This document shows, in pieces, positions 50,139 to 58,956 of a stretch of 64,000 nucleotides of DNA (positions within the stretch are counted from its first letter, which is position 1; every line of letters starts with the position of its first letter). Both the position numbers and the translations under genes were made by a program. The notes beneath the pieces are model-generated. The model saw only the letters and a program-made list of their open reading frames with translations, had not been told where the DNA came from and ran no database searches. The DNA is from an uncultured Solirubrobacterales bacterium (GTDB lineage: Bacteria; Actinomycetota; Thermoleophilia; Solirubrobacterales; Solirubrobacteraceae), in NCBI GenBank assembly GCA_963785785.1, contig CAWAWI010000006.1:76204-140203 (forward strand). The letters are read 5' to 3'.

Positions 50139-50468
50139 GTGCAGGCGTTCGAGAACGCGATCTACCAGTGGCAGCGGGGCGAGCGTCGCCTGCATGAAGC
50201 CCCTGCCGAGCGCACCCCACTGTTGGATCACGTCGTCGGGGCGCTCGTCTCGGAGCTCCGCCGGCGCCTGGGGGGCCGCTTCACCGCACAGGAGCTCCTG
50301 GAGCTGTACGAGGCCGGCACGGGCTGGTGCATGCAGACGGCCATGACCCTCGCGCCCGAGGATCCCTGGGCGTGGGATTCGGGCGTCGTGGTGGACGCCG
50401 CGTTCGGTCGGTATCTGCGCGAGGCTTCGGACTACGCTGGAGGAAAGCGCGCCCTGAGCGAGGCGTAG
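50139..50468 (+). CDS. Hypothetical protein
   Basis: GTG 7 nt after TAGCCT; coding-like composition (ELRRRLGG.FT, DAAF.RY.REASDYAGG). Confidence 0.7.
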   Translation: MQAFENAIYQWQRGERRLHEAPAERTPLLDHVVGALVSELRRRLGGRFTAQELLELYEAGTGWCMQTAMTLAPEDPWAWDSGVVVDAAFGRYLREASDYAGGKRALSEA

Positions 50469-50475
50469 AGGGTGC

Positions 50476-51063
50476 TCAGTCGTCGTCGCCGACGCGGTTG
50501 ATGACGATGCGGTCCTCTTCGACTGTGACCTCGACCGGCCGGTGACCGGCCCAGTGCTCGGCGTAGATCGGGTTGTCCTGAATCGCCGGGTCAAGCCACA
50601 GGCCGTACCCCTCCTCGCCGTGATCGAAGGTGCCCTCCAGCGGCCCCGCGTTGCGCGCGCTGCCACGCCTGCGTCCTCCGCGTCGTCCACGCCGGCGGGT
50701 CCTCGGGCGCTCCTCGCTGTCGCTGTCGCCCTGGCTATCGCCCTCGCTATCGCCCTCGTCCTCGGCGTCGTCTCCGGCCTTCTGTCGCTCGGCTCTCATT
50801 TCGGCGGCCTCCAGCTCGGCGGCCTCGAGCTCGGCGGCTATCAGCGCGTCGTCCTCGGCCCTGAGATCGACTTCGTCTTGGTAGTCCGTCGCGACGGCCC
50901 CCTCCGGGGTCTCGCCGTCGTTGACGAGCTCGTTCTGACGCTTGAACTGCTCGATGTCCCTGACGGTCACATCGAGCTGATGCGCGACCCACGCGTCGGT
51001 GCGACCTTGACGCACCCAGCTGCGGATCTGGTTGAGGTGTGGACGTAGAGACTTGCGAGCCAT
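50476..51063 (-). CDS. Hypothetical protein: HTH-like N-terminus, acidic/Arg-rich linker, AbrB-like C-terminus
   Basis: IRSWVRQGRTDAWVAHQLDVT; RRRGRRGGRRR; YGLWLDP..VEVTVEEDRIVI. Confidence 0.7.
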   Translation of the reverse strand: MARKSLRPHLNQIRSWVRQGRTDAWVAHQLDVTVRDIEQFKRQNELVNDGETPEGAVATDYQDEVDLRAEDDALIAAELEAAELEAAEMRAERQKAGDDAEDEGDSEGDSQGDSDSEERPRTRRRGRRGGRRRGSARNAGPLEGTFDHGEEGYGLWLDPAIQDNPIYAEHWAGHRPVEVTVEEDRIVINRVGDDD

Positions 51064-51250
51064 CAACGGTCCGGGAGACTAGCGCATACGCTGCCCTCAC
51101 CGGTCGGGCCCGCGTCTTTTCGGGCGCGGTGATCCTAAGATTGAACATCGGGGCGCGTCCGACCGACCCTGCGACTATGCTTGCTCAAGCTTGCGCGGCT
51201 GCGGCCAATCCCGCGCGGTGCTTGTTGGCTAAGAGGAAGGTGCGCGGCAA

Positions 51251-51496
51251 ATGCTGGTGCTGACACGCAAGTCCAATCAGAGCATCATGATCGGGGACGA
51301 TGTCGAGGTTTCGGTGTTGTCGGTGATGGGCGACAAGGTGCGCATCGGCATCCGGGCGCCCCAGGACATTCCTGTCTTTCGCACGGAGATCTACCTCGAG
51401 ATCCAGCGCGACAGCATGCAGCCGGACGCCGCGAATGGCGATGAGGGCAAGGGCAATCCCGCCTCCGCCGATCGCAAGCCGGACGCTGGCCCTTAG
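51251..51496 (+). CDS. csrA: Carbon storage regulator CsrA
   Basis: [39 protein letters not shown]. Confidence 0.96.
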   Translation: MLVLTRKSNQSIMIGDDVEVSVLSVMGDKVRIGIRAPQDIPVFRTEIYLEIQRDSMQPDAANGDEGKGNPASADRKPDAGP

Positions 51497-51596
51497 CTCG
51501 CCCGAAGTCGGGCCCCGCGTGCGCGCGCGGGGGCGGAGAGGTGGCGCGGGGAGGTGGCTCGGGTATGGGGGGCGAGCTGCGGTCCCGAGTAGGTTC

Positions 51597-51836
51597 TCAG
51601 CCCAGCAGCAGGTAGAGCGTGCGGAACATGACCACGGTGACGATCGCCGCCGTGAGGATCAGCGTGAGGACGAGCAGGATGAAGCGGATCGACCCTCGCC
51701 TGTGTCGGCGGTCGACGGCTCGTTTAAACGCCCGCTGCTCGGTGGTGCGCCGCAGGGACTCCCGCCGGTGGCGGTCCACCGATATCTCTTTGACGAACGC
51801 CTGCTCGAGCTCCGCAAGACTCTGGCGCATCTTCAT
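51597..51836 (-). CDS. Small protein with C-terminal TM segment
   Basis: MKMRQSLAELEQAF; basic middle region; FILLVLTLILTAAIVTVVMF. Confidence 0.65.
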   Translation of the reverse strand: MKMRQSLAELEQAFVKEISVDRHRRESLRRTTEQRAFKRAVDRRHRRGSIRFILLVLTLILTAAIVTVVMFRTLYLLLG

Positions 51837-52033
51837 GACAGCGCCTCGTCGCTCCTGGACGGCGTCCTGACCGATCGGAGATCGCCGTATCTTCGATCGG
51901 TAAGCACGCGTGCGTAGCACGTCACGTTGGGTGGGTGGGCATTCCATTCCTTGCCAGGAACGACGATCCGCCGTCCTGACCGGATCTGGCGCCACCTGAC
52001 GGACTTACACGCGTCGGTCACGTCAAGATCCTC

Positions 52034-52960
52034 TTACCCGACCGGCGCCCCGGTCTCGGCGCCCTCGTAGACCTTGACGAACCGCAGGTAGTTCTCGGCG
52101 ACCTTGCGGGCTCCCGCGGAACGCTCGATCTTGCCGTCCACGTAGGCTTTCAGCGGATCCCACCAGATCGAGCGGCCGATCGCGAAGCCGACGAACCCCT
52201 CGACTGGGGCGGCCTGACGGAGCCAGTGGTCGACCTTGGTGTCGTCCGCGCCACGGCCCAGGACCACGCACACGACCCCGTCGCGTCCACCCGAGCGGGC
52301 CTGGGCGACGAGCATCTCGCAGTCTGAGCGCTCGTCGACGCCCTCGATCTTCCACACGTCCACCTCGATGCCCGCGTCCTGGATCTCGGCGATGGTCCGG
52401 CGCATCAGCTCGGGACGGAGCTCGGCGTCGTAGCGGGCGGTGTCTCCGTCGACCGCCTCCAGGTGGGCGGTCTCGGCGGGCACGAGCAGCTCGAACAGGA
52501 ACTTGCGATCGCGGTCTTTCAGCCAGTCGGACAGCCGCCTGAGCTTCGTCAGTTGCTCGTGGTTCGCGGAGGGGTCGCCGTCGGGGTTGTAGCGGACGAG
52601 CACCTTCGTGAAGTCGGGGTCGAACTTCTCGATGTGCTCGCCGAAGTCCTCGCCGTACTGGAAGTCGAACATGCTCTGTCCCGAGCGCTCGGCGGGCATC
52701 GCGAGCTTGAGGCCCTTCCCTCGTGCCTCCTCGGGGACGGTCGAACCGAACTGCTCGTCCACGAGCACGCCGGTGACCGCCGGGTCGGCGCCGGCGGTGA
52801 CGGCCTGGGAGAGACCCTCGAAGATCAGGTGCTTGGCGTCGGCGATCATCGCCGTCTGCTCGGCGTCGGGCTCGCCCTCGATGCCGAAGAACTTCGTCTG
52901 AAACGATCCGCGATGGTCGAACGCGAGGATGTAGAGCTTGTTGTCGTAGCCTGGTGTCAT
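52034..52960 (-). CDS. DUF2090 / IolC C-terminal-like aldolase-fold protein
   Basis: ILAFDHR, GVLVDEQFG, KVLVRYNP, LFELLVP, DVWKIEG, VLGRG, GFAIGRSIW. Confidence 0.85.
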   Translation of the reverse strand: MTPGYDNKLYILAFDHRGSFQTKFFGIEGEPDAEQTAMIADAKHLIFEGLSQAVTAGADPAVTGVLVDEQFGSTVPEEARGKGLKLAMPAERSGQSMFDFQYGEDFGEHIEKFDPDFTKVLVRYNPDGDPSANHEQLTKLRRLSDWLKDRDRKFLFELLVPAETAHLEAVDGDTARYDAELRPELMRRTIAEIQDAGIEVDVWKIEGVDERSDCEMLVAQARSGGRDGVVCVVLGRGADDTKVDHWLRQAAPVEGFVGFAIGRSIWWDPLKAYVDGKIERSAGARKVAENYLRFVKVYEGAETGAPVG

Positions 52961-53101
52961 GGCCTGAGTATCCCAAAGCCACGCTCTCCCGGCGGCGAGC
53001 ACGGGTCGCGAGGAGGGGAGCCTCGTGGCGGCATCCTCGAGTCGCGCGGGAGCAGGCCCTCTCAGGAGGGTCCCGAGAGGGGTCCTTAGAATGGGATGAC
53101 G

Positions 53102-53899
53102 ATGCCTTCAGGCGCGGACCTGTTCGTGGTGTGCAAGCAGTGCGGGTCGCAGGTCAGCCCGTACATCACCGAGTGCCCCTATTGCGGTCACCGTCTGCGC
53201 CAGCGTGCCCCCAAGCTGCCACGCGCCAAGAGCCGTGGCCGGATGCTGGGACGGCTCGTGCCGAAACCCACCCTCACACGCTCCAGATCGCCGGTCGGGA
53301 GCTCGCGCCGCCGGCGTTTCTCCCGGCAGGGAGACTATTCGGGGCGCGAGTCCCGGCCGTACGCGACGATCGCGCTGGTCCTCGCGGGAAGCGCCGGATG
53401 GGTACTCGTGTCGGCGGGGTATGTGGCCTTCTCCAGCCTGGCGATCGTCGGCCCCCTGCGGGGCGACTGGTGGAAGCTCTTCTCCAGCCCGTTCGCCTAC
53501 CGCGACGGCCTCTACGCGTTCGTCGCCCTGCTGGCCACTGCAATCTTCGGCTGGCTGCTCGAGCGCAGGCGAGGACCGGTGATCGTGCTCGCGGTCTTCT
53601 TCGGGGGAGCCGTCACGGGAGCCCTGGCGGCGCTCGCCGTCTATGACCTGCCGATCGTCAGCGGCGCGAACGGCGCGGCCCTGGCGTTGCTCTGCGCGTG
53701 GGCGGTCCCGGACCTGCAGGCGATGCGCCGGGGCTACTACTACGAGGGCGATCTGCTGGGGGTCGGGGCGATCGCGTTCGTACTGCTCGCCCTGCCCTAC
53801 GCTCGCCCCGAAGCGAGCTGGCTGGCGGGCGTGACGGGGGGCGCGACGGGCCTTCTGCTCGGTCTCGGCATGCACCTCATCGACCCGCCCGAGCTCTGA
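53102..53899 (+). CDS. Zinc-ribbon-fused rhomboid-like membrane protein (catalytic residues altered)
   Basis: CKQC..ECPYC; WWKLF; FGWLLERRRG; GANGA; 6 TMs. Confidence 0.75.
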   Translation: MPSGADLFVVCKQCGSQVSPYITECPYCGHRLRQRAPKLPRAKSRGRMLGRLVPKPTLTRSRSPVGSSRRRRFSRQGDYSGRESRPYATIALVLAGSAGWVLVSAGYVAFSSLAIVGPLRGDWWKLFSSPFAYRDGLYAFVALLATAIFGWLLERRRGPVIVLAVFFGGAVTGALAALAVYDLPIVSGANGAALALLCAWAVPDLQAMRRGYYYEGDLLGVGAIAFVLLALPYARPEASWLAGVTGGATGLLLGLGMHLIDPPEL

Positions 53900-54014
53900 G
53901 TCGCCTCCCCGCCGCGGTGGGGTGTGGCGGTCGAACGCCGGCTCGGCTTCACACTCCTATGATTGACCCTCGACAAAGCTCTCCAGACCCCGACCGACAG
54001 GAGCAGCGACGACC

Positions 54015-54695
54015 ATGGAGATCCGGTTCCTAGGCCACGCGGCGTTCGAGCTCACAGACGGCTCGACCTCCGTGCTCATCGACCCGTTCCTCACGGGAAA
54101 CCCGAAGGCGGCCGTGAGCCCCGAGGAGCTCAGCCCGCAGACGATCCTGCTCACCCACGGCCACGCCGATCACATCGGCGACACGGTCTCGATCGCCAAG
54201 CGCGCCTCCAGCGACGTGGTGGCGATCGTGGAGATCGCGAACGAGCTCTCACAGGACGGCGTCCAGAGCGTTCACGATCCCAATCTGGGGGGTACCGTCT
54301 CCTTCGAGTGGGGCTCGGCCAAGCTCGTCCCCGCCTGGCACACCTCGACCACGCCGAAAGGCACGGTCAACACCCCGGCCGGCCTGGTCGTGGAGATCGG
54401 TGGAAAGACGATCTACCACCTGGGCGACACGGCTCTCTTCTCCGACCTGCAGCTGATCGCCGCCTCCACGGGCGCGATCGACGTGGCGCTCATGTGCATC
54501 GGAGGCCATTACACGATGGACCGTCACGACGCCGTCCAGGCCGCCCGGTTGATCGGAGCCAAGCAGGTGATCCCCTGCCACTACGACACGTTCCCACCGA
54601 TCGTCACCGACGCCCAGGCGTTCAAGGCCGACGTGGAGTCGGCGGGCATCGGCGAGGTGGTCGTGCTCGCGCCAGGGGAGCGTCACTCGCCATGA
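54015..54695 (+). CDS. Metal-dependent hydrolase (UPF0173, metallo-beta-lactamase fold)
   Basis: LGHA, IDPFL, THGHADH, GDT, GGHYTM, PCHYDTFP. Confidence 0.9.
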   Translation: MEIRFLGHAAFELTDGSTSVLIDPFLTGNPKAAVSPEELSPQTILLTHGHADHIGDTVSIAKRASSDVVAIVEIANELSQDGVQSVHDPNLGGTVSFEWGSAKLVPAWHTSTTPKGTVNTPAGLVVEIGGKTIYHLGDTALFSDLQLIAASTGAIDVALMCIGGHYTMDRHDAVQAARLIGAKQVIPCHYDTFPPIVTDAQAFKADVESAGIGEVVVLAPGERHSP

Positions 54696-54973
54696 CGATG
54701 ACCAACGCGGTCGTCCTGATCGAGGCCGAGCGCGACGCTCTCTCGACCCTGGGCGGGGCCCTGGCCGACATCGAGGGGGTGGCCGAGGCCTACTCGGTGA
54801 CCGGCGAGTGGGACTTCGTGGCGATCGTTCGCGTGCCCGACCACGAGCAGCTGGCGGATGTCGTGACGGGCGAGATCGGCGGTCTCTCCGGCGTGATCCG
54901 CACACAGACGATGGCCGCGTTCGCGGCCTACTCCCGCCACGACCTGGAAGCGCTGTTCTCGCTCGGTGAATAG
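54692..54973 (+). CDS. Stand-alone Lrp/AsnC ligand-binding domain protein
   Basis: IEGVAEAYSVTGEWDFVAIVRV, GVIRTQT; ATGA overlap. Confidence 0.88.
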   Translation: MTMTNAVVLIEAERDALSTLGGALADIEGVAEAYSVTGEWDFVAIVRVPDHEQLADVVTGEIGGLSGVIRTQTMAAFAAYSRHDLEALFSLGE

Positions 54974-55010
54974 CCGCCCGCGGACCCATAGGCGTCCGTA
55001 GAGGGCCACG

Positions 55011-55658
55011 ATGGCCTCCATCCCTCTGAAGCCGGAGTACGGGCCGACCCTCGGGCGACTGCTGGCCCCCCGTTGGCATGCCGCGTCCGCGCTCGCCCGG
55101 GTCCTGGTGGTCGGCGCCTGCGTGGCTCTCCTGGCGGTTCTGGTGGGGGCCGGGCTGAGCCTCGAGAACGCCCACTACTCCCACGGTGGACCGGCCCCGT
55201 TCAGCTTCAGCTACCGAGACCTCTACCGGACCGCTCCCGGTCCGGGGGAGTACGTCAAAGTGGACCGTCGCGTCGATGGCCGCCTGGAGGACTCCTTCGC
55301 GGTCGGGCCGCTGCTGCTGGCGCCGTACTCGGGCGCCCTTCCGGCGGAGCTACCTCTATACGCCACCCACTACATCGACGGCCTGCGACGTCGATACGCC
55401 GGCTTCGTGCTCCGCGGCGAGGGCAAGACCCGGGTCAACACGGTCCCTGCTTACGACATCCTCTACACGGCCCGGGTGCAGGGCGCGAGGATGTATGGCC
55501 GGGACATCCTGCTCCTGCCCGAGCGCTCCCACCCGCGTGCGGGCGTGGTCATCTCGATGCTTGCGTCCCCCACGGCCGAAGCGGCGGCCAGCTCGCCGCT
55601 GGAGGTCGGGGCCACGGGGGTCCTCGAACTTCCAGTCGAGACGTTCACGATCGGCTAG
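55011..55658 (+). CDS. Hypothetical membrane-anchored protein
   Basis: Single N-proximal TM, beta-rich remainder. Confidence 0.6.
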   Translation: MASIPLKPEYGPTLGRLLAPRWHAASALARVLVVGACVALLAVLVGAGLSLENAHYSHGGPAPFSFSYRDLYRTAPGPGEYVKVDRRVDGRLEDSFAVGPLLLAPYSGALPAELPLYATHYIDGLRRRYAGFVLRGEGKTRVNTVPAYDILYTARVQGARMYGRDILLLPERSHPRAGVVISMLASPTAEAAASSPLEVGATGVLELPVETFTIG

Positions 55659-55859
55659 ATCGGACCCGGGAGGGGAGACCCTACGCCTCGGCGAGCGACC
55701 TGCTCGGCCGACGCCCGCCCGTGCGCGCTCCCGTGAGCGAGTTGACGCCCATCAAGATTCATGTTACCGTCGGGCACACGAAAGTAGGGAAGGCTGCGGC
55801 CCAAGGCATGGACTGATAGAGCCGGCGGCGTTTGGGGCGGTCAGAAAGGGGAGAGAGCG

Positions 55860-56627
55860 ATGTCCTTCAGAGTTCGGATCCTTCTCGTCTCGTCGGTGAC
55901 TTGTACGTGTCTCATGATCGCAGCATTCGCCTGGGCGGCGGAGACGTTGACGGTCCACGCGAGCCTCCACCCCGGCAAGCTGGGCGCCCCGACGAACGTC
56001 TCGGTCACGGGGAAGTTCAGCTCGACCACGGGCGCTCCCCCGTCGCCGATCGCCAAGCTCACGGCCTATCTGCCCGCGGGCATGGAAATCGATGTTCGCG
56101 GCACCGGCACCTGCACGGTGGCGAAGCTGGAAGCAAGCGGTCCCAGCGGCTGTCCCGCCGACTCCCGCGCGGGCTTTGGCGGCGGCACGGGACTGATCGA
56201 ACTGGCCCGGGAAATCATCCGTGAGCCGTTCACCGTCGACCTCTTCTTCGGCCCCCGGGAAGGCCGACGTCTGGTCGTGCTGGCCTACGTCCAGGCCTCC
56301 TCGCCCGCGGCCTTCGAACTCGTCCTGACGGCCAGGGAAATCCACGGGCCCAAGCCCTACGGGCTCGGCTTCACGGTCGAAGTGCCCCCCATCCCGACCC
56401 TCCCCGAAGCCTCCGACGCGTCGGTGGAAAGCGCCTTCGTGACGTTCGGTGCCACGAACGTCGCCTACTACCAGACGGTACACGGCAAGCGGATCCTCCT
56501 CCACGTCAGAGGCGTGGTCGTCCCCAAGACCTGCCCTCGCGGCGGCTTCCCCCTGGAGGCGATCGTCGACTTCGCCGATGGTTCCGCGATCACGGCCGAC
56601 CCCACGATCCCGTGCCCGCGCCCCTAG
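55860..56627 (+). CDS. Secreted hypothetical protein (paralog of next gene)
   Basis: Signal peptide AFAWA; GPSGCP..S, PPIPTL, DASV, CPRGGFP, F.DGS, PCPR. Confidence 0.75.
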   Translation: MSFRVRILLVSSVTCTCLMIAAFAWAAETLTVHASLHPGKLGAPTNVSVTGKFSSTTGAPPSPIAKLTAYLPAGMEIDVRGTGTCTVAKLEASGPSGCPADSRAGFGGGTGLIELAREIIREPFTVDLFFGPREGRRLVVLAYVQASSPAAFELVLTAREIHGPKPYGLGFTVEVPPIPTLPEASDASVESAFVTFGATNVAYYQTVHGKRILLHVRGVVVPKTCPRGGFPLEAIVDFADGSAITADPTIPCPRP

Positions 56628-56689
56628 CCGTGGACGTGGCGAGAGACGCGCCGCATCGGCAGGCTCGAGCGCGCCATACTGGATATCGC

Positions 56690-57592
56690 ATGAGCTCCAG
56701 ACAGTTGGACATGTCCCGCTGGCGCACCGTCAGCTTGCCCACCGCTCGTGTGCGCATCGCGGGCCTGCGCACCGCCAGCTTGCCCACCGCTCGTGTGCGC
56801 ATCGCGGGCCTGCGCACCGCGAGCCTGGGCACCGCGATCGCGGCCGCGGGGGCGGCGGTCGCTTTGGCGACATGTGCCTCCCCGGAGGCGTCCGCGCAAA
56901 GCGCGTCTGCGCCGGCGTCACCCGTCTTCGCCGCGACGTCCTCGACGATCGTGCCGTCCCTCTCTCCCGACCGGCTCGGCGCCAAGGCCGCTCTCACCGT
57001 CACGATCTCCTACACGGGAGGCCAATTCGGTGTGCCCACGCCTGTGCGCCGCTCGATCCTGCGATTCCCCGCCGGGCTGAGTCTCGACCTCCCCAGCCTG
57101 CGCAGCTGCCCCTCGGCGCGCCTGCTTGCCCGCGGCCCGAGCACCTGTCCCGCCCAATCTGAGATCGGCGGTGGACATGCGCTCGCGGAGGCTCACGAGG
57201 GAACGGAAAACATCTCCGAGAACGCCACCCTGTGGGCCTTCCTGGGACCGCCCCAGAACCTGCAGCCGACGTTCGAGATCCTCGCGCAGGGCTACACGCC
57301 AATCGACAAGCGGGTGGTCCTCAACGGAACGGTGCTCCCGGCGAGCGCTCCCTACGGGGAAGCGCTGTCGATCGCCATCCCCCCGATTCCGACGCTCGCC
57401 TTCGAGCCCGATGCCTCGGTTGTGGTGTTCTCGCTCACGATCGGCACGAGCGGGCGTCACACCAGACACGACGCGAACGCGGTCCTCGTGCCTTCCAGCT
57501 GCCCGGTGGACGGCTTCCCGTTCGCCGCCGAATTCACCTATGCAGACGGCTCCAGCGGCAGCTCCGTCGCGACGGTGCCCTGTCCGCGATGA
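56690..57592 (+). CDS. Secreted hypothetical protein (paralog of previous gene)
   Basis: GPSTCP..S, PPIPTL, DASV, CPVDGFP, Y.DGS, PCPR; 45-bp repeat at 56722-56827; start uncertain. Confidence 0.72.
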   Translation: MSSRQLDMSRWRTVSLPTARVRIAGLRTASLPTARVRIAGLRTASLGTAIAAAGAAVALATCASPEASAQSASAPASPVFAATSSTIVPSLSPDRLGAKAALTVTISYTGGQFGVPTPVRRSILRFPAGLSLDLPSLRSCPSARLLARGPSTCPAQSEIGGGHALAEAHEGTENISENATLWAFLGPPQNLQPTFEILAQGYTPIDKRVVLNGTVLPASAPYGEALSIAIPPIPTLAFEPDASVVVFSLTIGTSGRHTRHDANAVLVPSSCPVDGFPFAAEFTYADGSSGSSVATVPCPR

Positions 57593-58161
57593 CCAGTCAA
57601 GACTTCAACACCAACAGTGGGAGACAGGTGTCACTCATGCATCTTCAGAGCTTTCGACCTGCCCGACTCACCGCCATCCTGACGGCCGGAGCGCTGTCCT
57701 TCTGCGTGTCGATCGCGGCCCAGTCCGCGCTGGCGCTCCAGTCCGCGCCGGCAGCCCCGTCTGTGTCGCCGGCTCCGTCCGCGCTGGCGGCGAGAACGAT
57801 CTCGCTGAACGAGACCGGGCGTCTGCGCCTCATCAGCAAGCACAACTTCACGCTCAACGAGCGGGGGTCGGCGTCGGGGACGGCCGCGGGCACGATCTAC
57901 GTTCACCTGACAGCCGTCTCGACCAGCCGGGTGACGGCTGAAGTCAACATCTACACGAGTGGCGGCTCGATCTCGGGCAACGGAACGGCGAGCTATCACA
58001 GGGCGAGTTCGACGGCGAGCTTCGCCGGCTCGATGTCAATCGATCGCGGGACCGGGCGCTATGACCATGTCCATGGATCGGGCCTGAGCTTCAGCGGCAC
58101 GATTGAGGAATCGAACCACGACGCCATCACGGTTCACGTGAGCGGCAGCGTGTCCGATTGA
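57589..58161 (+). CDS. Secreted Ser/Gly/Thr-rich beta-strand protein
   Basis: Signal-like segment; LNETGRL, GSISG.G, SFAGSMSI.RGTGRY; start 57589, 57628 or 57637. Confidence 0.7.
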   Translation: MTSQDFNTNSGRQVSLMHLQSFRPARLTAILTAGALSFCVSIAAQSALALQSAPAAPSVSPAPSALAARTISLNETGRLRLISKHNFTLNERGSASGTAAGTIYVHLTAVSTSRVTAEVNIYTSGGSISGNGTASYHRASSTASFAGSMSIDRGTGRYDHVHGSGLSFSGTIEESNHDAITVHVSGSVSD

Positions 58162-58200
58162 CTCCGTCGGGCCGCCTCCGGCGCACACCCGGGAGACAGA

Positions 58201-58938
58201 GTGCTGGAGCTGCGTGAACTCGTGAAGCACTACCCCGCCGTCGGCGGGGAGCCTGTGCGGGCGGTCAACGGCGTGTCGCTGACGGTCGCGCCCGGTGAAA
58301 CCGTCGCCCTGTATGGGCCGAGCGGCTCGGGCAAGACGACGTTGCTGCTGATGATCGCAATGCTGCTGGAGCCCACATCGGGCACGGTCTTGATCGGCGA
58401 GCGTGACACGTCCTCGCTCTCTGAGCGCGAGGCCTCCCACTTCAGGCTCTCCGAACTGGGCTTCATCCGTCAGAGCTTCGACCTGCTCCCGGGCGTCAGC
58501 GCGATCGACAACGCGGTGCTGAAGCTGCTCAAGACGAAACGCTGGCGCGAGGCTCACCGCGAGATCGCGCCCCTGCTCGAGCGGCTCGGGTTGGGCGAGC
58601 GCATGCGCCACCGCGCCGAGACCCTCTCGATGGGTGAGCGTCAGCGCGTGATGATCGCAAGGGCGCTCTCCACCCAGCCCCGTTTGCTGCTCGCGGACGA
58701 GCCGACCGGGAGCCTCGACACCCAGCGCGGCCGCGAAGTGCTCGAGCTCCTGCGCGAGCTCTGCCGCGAGCGGGAGGTCGCGGCCGTGATCGTAAGCCAC
58801 GACCCGATGGCGGCCCTCTATGCCGACCGCGTATTCACGCTGCGCGACGGCACCCTCTCCGATCACGAGCCAGATCGGCTGTACATTCAGCCGGAGGGAC
58901 GGACCGAGCCGCTCACCAGATCCGCCGACTCGAGGTAG
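58201..58938 (+). CDS. ABC transporter ATPase (LolD/MacB-like)
   Basis: GPSGSGKTT, LSMGERQRV, LLADEPTGSLD, VSHD. Confidence 0.93.
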   Translation: MLELRELVKHYPAVGGEPVRAVNGVSLTVAPGETVALYGPSGSGKTTLLLMIAMLLEPTSGTVLIGERDTSSLSEREASHFRLSELGFIRQSFDLLPGVSAIDNAVLKLLKTKRWREAHREIAPLLERLGLGERMRHRAETLSMGERQRVMIARALSTQPRLLLADEPTGSLDTQRGREVLELLRELCREREVAAVIVSHDPMAALYADRVFTLRDGTLSDHEPDRLYIQPEGRTEPLTRSADSR

Positions 58939-58956
58939 CGGGACAGCGGGGTAGAC

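Noticed and set aside
55760-55830. c-di-GMP-I riboswitch upstream of the secreted cluster (GGGCACAC-GAAA-GT..GGG..GGCCCAAGG)
   Set aside because: The resemblance is loose: the GCAAA elements and P2/P3 pairing are not convincing. A cmsearch with RF01051 would decide.
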